Below are positions 63,201-64,000 of a stretch of DNA of 64,000 nt, piece after piece (within the stretch, counting starts at the first letter, position 1; every line of letters begins with the position of its first letter). This DNA comes from Rhizaria sp. SCN 62-66. Taxonomy: Eukaryota. The notes below the pieces were generated by a model. It worked only from the letters and a program-made list of their open reading frames with translations, was not told where the DNA came from and did not search any database. The stretch is taken from assembly GCA_001724265.1 (NCBI GenBank), contig MEDY01000068.1:1-64000 (forward strand), in the 5' to 3' direction. The position numbers and the translations under genes are program-made.

Positions 63201-63998
63201 ACTATTCGTAAAGCACTTGATGCCCGAGATAGTTAGGGACGAGAGCGACGTGTTCGCCAGGCGGAGCGCGAACGTGCTGGTGGGGACGTCCCATTCCCCA
63301 GGACGCAAATGTGTGTACGTCGCAAGCATCGTGTTATGCGCTGCACTGTCGGTGCTGAGCGCAGCCATATAAGGAAAGAAATGGCACTGCGGATCAAGAG
63401 TAATCTCAACCGTTGCCTCGCCAAGCATCCCAAGCGGAATGGCCGGGTACGCTGCTGTGAGAGTTGATGAAGACAGACCCGAAAATATGTGCGTAATTGT
63501 AGATCCAGAAATCGAGTATGTGGGCGTCGCTGACGTAGAAGCTGGCAATGTCGCCTCAAGCTTGTAGCGAGTAAGACCGCCAGCTGAGACGAGGTCCAAC
63601 TTGTAAGCCTCAGCTGCTGTGTTGCTAACAGGAAGAGTGAGCGTAATAGAAAGCACAGCACTGACATTCTTCAGACAATAATATTGGGAAGGACTGGCCA
63701 GGCTCAACTTCATTGAAAAAAAAGGACTCAGTGTCGTCCTGGTTAGAGTCTGGGCGCTAGTTCCACCTGCAAGCAATGGCGCCGTCAGTTCAAACGTGGC
63801 TAAGCTAAAGACAGTTGAAACAGCAGCCGTCCGCATTGAGGGTGGCAGTGTAAGTATCAAGTAGTCACCAGTGTTAATCATCACGTTGCCGCCCGCACAT
63901 AATGTTGCCGGCGCTGTAAGAGTATGCACTAAGGCGGTGGTTGTGGCAGTGGTGGCATAAGAAGGCACGCTGCCGCGAACTACGCCAAAATGTCCCGT
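45219..63998 (-). CDS. intronless giant surface protein (>6,250 aa, 5' end outside window): beta-rich/propeller-like ectodomain, 8 Sushi/CCP, Ca-binding EGF, IPT/TIG, Cys-rich repeats, ~9-TM module
   Basis: The frame stays open from the window edge to TAA at 45221-45219 (the ORF-track start is a GTG). Eight C..C..GY..C...W....P.C units at ~53350-51570, CVDIDEC..CINTFGSYVC, IPT motifs (RILLRGHNFG), and AFLYRGYK..YWFLIE..RK..Q..KPF, homologous to the gene at 21076-38308. Confidence 0.9.
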   Translation of the reverse strand, partial: TGHFGVVRGSVPSYATTATTTALVHTLTAPATLCAGGNVMINTGDYLILTLPPSMRTAAVSTVFSLATFELTAPLLAGGTSAQTLTRTTLSPFFSMKLSLASPSQYYCLKNVSAVLSITLTLPVSNTAAEAYKLDLVSAGGLTRYKLEATLPASTSATPTYSISGSTITHIFSGLSSSTLTAAYPAIPLGMLGEATVEITLDPQCHFFPYMAALSTDSAAHNTMLATYTHLRPGEWDVPTSTFALRLANTSLSSLTISGIKCFTNSTYSIKSNVYFGHPSPAYTATASLPTIDSGVGTVAAALLQVLYVSPNWGLPSVSPLAPQAGDSPGPLAATPLDMGFVVTPAMPIPPNYFLVMTVSWANLLDSLGLIVASPGTMLPYASTEIGTSGVVTATGEIFIQFDKGWPAEKSLVLVRRNVSVDTTKLSNPPTVTMTICYNRTAAATTAIAKSIVAVALRTDFTVPMPVTLSLSPIAHGGLYGRAFTMKATFITTAAVYLPKTGTVFAELSTIFPNMTVLTGVAHEQSRLYFSSTSTISLKCGTATVVTQTAPVFDVLPFGFTNATYGAMQKALGFKFVLKFSNTAVAVNSLCIVTATNIYYKQDSRYRDALAAQTGAVITLRAITPALTEFNRFLFSGTATLAPLALLPTRPRPGPRMSFVPTANLSVSSTGPYRHLATDRKFNTIAPVYIATNSTAQDDGYIGLGESFAMAVSFKVNTAPSVGEESVCFSLPAGTTISLATTVGFHTVGVSALDQWETATLAPMACSAVKLTDALVEFNGPSVLATPLLTPELLDAVFPTQCACVAVTHGLEQAGSVLTLLINGLLFDISTAGYAETIPSPAMFAAWFMDASLTAVSGEFLITYAPPPPRNRILPRTLYMGAPSTTMFTSLTKIAATAQSPSMTVVYVVTGNILYMTRTTLARLVYASSPFTSYQLRGATWTKVVELPKGTRYAMTVAPDERTVFVNVDNTRLVVVGASFTVSHITDNVVIPLPTAPDYTGLAATELSVFGPVINGWHLRNTAFALVLVPIGPSLVTYTLAADNTLVFLRMQVVFNEISVITALTSSQAALGFVACVRIGLPGAYSSGSLCKLLKRGQLTTTLTDSTVYNDARPGVVITAVDMCSGTHTGTDPKECVIIATRLDTTEQPLLSHIFMVNDASNTVTRVAVVPGEPIVDMKLTSFENQIVLFRASAASKMLTTSGYITVLSRISDAPLYESSGVHTKIDFTLPSASTAATHSSVPSIMVSPDRETFLLTVGAPILWRTLRAMPLLSPAVIARSSTDITLSYTRSAEISEFLMGSETVAMTTPGAAVGSYVTSSTAPSVASRTTEIIPVTFLLTNALYDTISPYTRDLAYGVFGSLTANNTILVNNPFRLAARVPGESSLLSIGDTSFPETSWFGGDTPTIIALEFSNPVMGEAGTMRVFFASPDSVHGASTWTFTQPYFQMVSQTATVYAQNSALSYAATCTVSTPATAITCAALTPTTYTSSVVLRIDLVGALLTAGSVDLAVAANSLSATRSAVASINAALYAYKRPAARPTGQFGFSHRAPLRHLPQSGVDVSWNSHSPYAFCYAFSSYHRGCYQYDYKSTTITGDWTTQDNTRVAPVSTQAAAYGAQGTLVSLVPETPTGTRVGVMRFFTSSASKPLPVDGMKWYLDLPFDPDLFELRIGGGAAHMYIVSSAEITGALVIVYNDNKEVVMLARLNPRTLRASGAANVLTRDMLNRMQTPIRFASSVVGDKVVAVLDWTAPTDLTIKTDPTTRVVFIYASGDVRICAASIREKLAVPNRATDDPTVDDFGLTCSGLGSATETLKASDDVPVTPTAAVIDASSGTIYIGTDQGDIVTLRFSVTAGAVTYTMNPVRSLRTVCPVSALAVHPSGTMITVACADTGTLLQVRVLTNTDFTRLYLRSDQTVGSMVHVAVNPTRDYRAADAVDLSNASDSNAVRSYSRATDFARIISMSYTQHGAYLAVIGALKPSETPVMQFLRSVDETPATVAIDNVKRGALATWTLSFSLQSFPRPASSVMCTIWGPQSSSFTSVASVKVVSVPASTTGVVANITNSLNTLKFIITSGVTSVAGVWQVTVINATNPSIEASNELQPTIACSHSITPINPTAKTWSSTGAVTPTWSGPALPAATYTEMVRSAPQPFTTNPFPWKLQLATASTRVPVVYWPAFSTEPLALLDESALAKTQSYRVQIRLENGFAAPCTINNGFEVIASMVTNNGLSESIAIFCTQATIVTNPIRIELTPWVGSLALGHASDRSFLLDVALHVRPTFKLVATVTIGSTIDSAPIAYAAGTDIDIRLLFDVPLLESSIATLSVSHTLAGCTYVRAVNHTGAALVTISVPISMPADAALIQGNSLLIARMSCTTPVGTGLVAKLAMLADQGFVATQLPARLITGNIFSVSLMPIPFEFEVTGTPQARIVTLNAQPKFASARPVIAELLRNSLPLRVPCTLSFGAYSRVRSVSVSLLTSVNITMDCTEAIAPTENVVLALSYPANDGSYNIINSPVVAWLTSSLRLIRAYSPLASSYSIIHVLTPLYVEVFVSAHIERFTSNIFRHSAGSVCAFGFAEDLVAVDAIRSETDFANALALGLLSESLIYRFSLSSAEQRRHAVLFMCTSAAALAGSVAITMTRYAESYLYPPRLLTHPDTFHVTLEPRAQVYDPTRGPIALTGNAFSEPVSHEYFFDNLPVALRLEWTLPTVRSVSAFVTLDYVDIGPCFFNGDITMTSIVVEVLVTDDASGSLDFLFTCSAMRPSEVLQTQVTVDGTVGETWHVQRLRFTGRTTLTATMTNDTLDLSKPALTVEFPLKSVTPVHFAFSPPLPAAAVLQLSFSNPTAECIFVNDNATTSYVALAANTGMYNLNIKCNFPASIPPQIIAKFAANSSVYYQEFSSSALQTKGNLVFTIDGTSIESYSKLIAGQVYKVVAQFLPPPKAMQTVEITQLTSPSDCVFQLRGTGRYISKPIFVQKGTSENFTANMVCRRTHNVGSHVFINSNAYSGSSIGPVPVFGLMGFDFVMPTNIVGVDREITDLVSRSTLELVALQSGAAALSSPYYLRAPNTNITGVRLRMIPTVRTMTIARIRFASTEGECGFTVYSPSGVPSFTSTTSVTFVLGDAAQTVYVSCTHTTVLPVTLLAEVVEGDLHLPVLSVPLHVRGSVLFSTQQINPAVAFTGEIVANRDWVFTMALEPKAVDVTTFVVSVLANSVTGPQPKCAFRLFSNAVAYQNLSYGAFEFTFDAAMLAVDLVISCSVETKLNPAVIVITNAKDDLYDTFRSAPFSVRGAIWIEDALLERTVTFPPLSAPTTLDRVAVERIHSVRVRLMPAPTASSAFVITPSLASCKVALSSITIISQFKASLSFSVAAGAAEFMFSLYCSSANPSVQLTIVNNAAVFFGQFTTAPFAVENRFDIPTLPGAIHAQEPQLITVSFLPQNAVNAVGRSIQVAITVDSKYANCFGARLNTITGGEPDPSTWVSLSNDILELTVVYALRFDFWFKCMTFTHSYHDGLAAGAAVPRIVVHSIAGIAFMSFTSDPISITLIDCFPFATTVHGRATYHDNGFGITHYKSDAYVSCDAGYELLVTDNTNKTCIVNTLTTPPVTTCTQRMTCLATGWSALPPTCEIFNCGPVPERYPTFGTEPVQIELAPEGNSTSFGSRYLYGCVDGFDLSGSPDIFCTAGGWSATTAPSCVPIECPVLVTANNVGNITYSALPYGTRKFQSVATHECLARHIRTEGDEVRVCQANRTWSGTAPTCRSNTCVSLYNEPTMMKNIVFTRYGSVVPHNPVTNTFLVDTIAQYTCADGYIWDKDTTFTTRTCILSDGWQPVDAPRCVPQPCPTLTPVDLGSVTQAPQNLVNMYGVTASFSCQYGAIMSHSDPHITCTATGEWSSPPRTCFPFSCGVPENIAFAQVSVANSGTYGRLGMYLNTSTVEYRCNVGYNLHYDGYTLTDGTGYVVQFAQQNSFVLGARRECTPRGWFPFSLPVCDVNQCIPLEPPRNGASIVFDDALSTSNGGLIARSYGTTATYVCKSGYEPRDPVTDALTSSKRRCGTLSEGWIPAIAPVCGAIDCGRPDKDSTVAYSEPIEFEYDELVVAGPTRYQSTAIYRCKPGFTPSTGQDRFLRTCSAAAVWLPAPPTCVDIDECDPGLFNGKYFADCAALYGPYSRCINTFGSYVCTPHMTLDILPESVASPDGSVSYNAETREVTPNNARGNQTVVFTLNAGINVAAPFVTHVQYLNTNMTLYPNPNIATYNCTDVLVTPVLIQQSLEYFRVQCTLSAGQGADLYVRMQYCVQPNAVQNNESDVDCSRWNWAWDGTSTGAGLDARWANSGVRISYPLHYFIPSSLHAVTLIGAGQRTSDYVSLTSLGEDVGFDVENLFLERAGLVRMMYGAGNTHDDYPYECIFNQELSFIRSPDQRTIVCRTKDAVNVINLKFKLIIAYRAAYSTDTYSYPQLPSISSVFGCPSDDIVNGVTSGCPTDSGTVRLTVTGTGFLEPLQAMVGGFQCLTLVRESNTQFTCRLPVGCGSQLSLTVIAGSQRFESRGRINYAIPAISEIRGCQRSTALSIYGCNRHGGDRILLRGHNFGAFGSTVTIGGLPCRDLVHLAANPHQEIMCTAPADASVDHVVTVLQRYGELSQDKVLLSYAQCPPGQHSSNIECIPCAPGYFNDIWSQTRCRECQPGSYSDRYGAMSCSICPIGTYSGLGQTSCSLCPRGTFSRERAESCFQCAPGTFAEHEGSFECEACPLGAEHTNDYSFCHCKPGSYKNIDGVCQPCMPGGDCSLPGTSVYNILSMKSYAPSVTHRNPPSVVRAYFPVNVANNVSLSDASRSAQRLVIKALFDTGARPRSRFVFESVLDAFPANVSAVAVSPQAAVPAPSGRLTLYVMVDVLPPTSSLEPPAQELVNAALGDFNAQNSALAIETAFAGAPMVDRNYTRHAVLSFQTCLDSTCAGRNGCVEGHTGPLCSICLPGYGKTSVFKCGRCNDPALAWFIIIAGTLAAIIVCAVLAWKQIVDGRESMNELPAPAVPLLFKIAFSGLQVMAIASKYDLRWPGFLDAFFTGSDTAAGVGTAMVSVDCFLGDNPVISPFWVTCIGIMVLPIMGIILPLLFFMPLYYIAKRNYKKRVLSEMVEQRRLMVEIVTEFESNMRTRDRVAKAQHEAAASAHYLPEIETGALDTTNHDKNMCMVSGALTAHPQEAKPTNNASIDRNLCIKQNFGAQSVFVRDSAGKRRKLVRKSPINELSGNFTEAGPLAPPVQPPAPARDVRVDVTTQRFPRLTRCATSPNSNSTAVQKLGVSPGSQQQFYSSPPPVRNIRRADESPMRISYNAEGYRVRVSPMRVRPEMQDSRHVDAANPPTQLRSDSLQLVGSSFVVPPAFGLLHIDVGLTETPKRTQLSMAHSPRRAQTTRVRVSPMSGDSTSDADARHPFSYDPATPKLPSLKPQVMLPHGLIRTKPRAIVADEQAPVAVARALPAKSQSITDDMPIDSSYEEDPDSLIVFEHNNFFDDDSVCGGRASENDQDCNETTAAAEAVPPHLHDDSESPLFISRPLPMARKSPRDDRRPPLKSTDTSICDIDLADLNVTAPAPSAIDFTGAAVGDDTAFFMRRTLIDEVSVSEAALEHAYAMMNQSRESLFECVAREVDAYTAIVSDTPVFDAQKCKEATRKAKLPVDFARVVQSADDLENMRLLSSLPFDILYNAELLRENLLRRERKLQRVRAEQQRQWYVDNYGEMKGVILFTQLREMRLKADPPKLTASEMRVRLDIAETQYNNIISEFSGYVITTITVVMFLIHPNIARQFFTMLSCKNVGGSDDPSANVVLGDMLERCYSSQHLMFIIALAMPMLFCWVLGIPFFAWFAIYRNRNLVMMSVQGASAITRNLKKIFESQMAFLYRGYKPTRYYWFLIEMIRKAGLVAIAVFFPGALHTQLLLASLLIFVSILLQITLKPFENKIPEMIELLSLFMSFMVFFLANFLFVDTVSESAKTVITVLICVIVILFIVAVVVAFLMLRKQEAALVPLRNALREAHAQGLETAAVIREWRIVRARERRCAEATSLNVLVAKTTAPQEDDKFTPKNKQSEVSTQMPLHPYPRSPMAPSSTESNVFETEPESTEPTSALVKSLTLICEHAHESIAPQALVGLQSFDCDKNSASPGLGLGSGASASTCGTVDTGKVFSASYQNQTDTINTTQRGAILASAIDSGRDINTGLLPPTAAALQLSLENVAQRLIVDAQKQAEQALRFSESRDLELEL

Positions 63999-64000
63999 AT

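Noticed and set aside
1-64000. CRISPR arrays, tRNA/rRNA/snRNA genes, transposase, reverse transcriptase or viral genes
   Set aside because: None recognised by eye; the repeats seen are coding microsatellites or protein-domain repeats. A covariance-model search was not possible.

Overview
Gene-dense, intron-containing nuclear DNA from a flagellated, probably mitochondriate eukaryote (most likely a protist; the taxon cannot be fixed from the sequence). Hand-built gene models, left to right: beta-tubulin 3' end, EIF1AD, a polyQ NEK-family kinase, an unknown low-complexity membrane protein, a membrane-anchored UDP-glycosyltransferase, IFT56/TTC26, NADP-isocitrate dehydrogenase, a small Rcf2-N/ENOD93-like membrane protein, a 15-exon ~4,960-aa surface protein (SMB + ~25 IPT/TIG + Cys-rich repeats + ~9-TM module), Eaf6, PDK1, an importin-alpha-like pseudogene fragment, and an intronless >6,250-aa paralog of the surface protein that runs off the right edge. 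Most notable: (1) one in-frame TAG inside the PDK1 kinase domain, while none of the 12 genes ends in TAG; (2) two giant paralogous receptor-like proteins that share a membrane module but differ in exon structure, codon usage and inserted modules; (3) a recurrent exonic TAAGTACCC hairpin motif with co-varying stems; (4) a GTACG 5' splice consensus (+4C in 28 of 32 introns), one GC-AG intron, and acceptor-like sites without clear donors ahead of start codons. All family calls come from motif recognition, not database searches.
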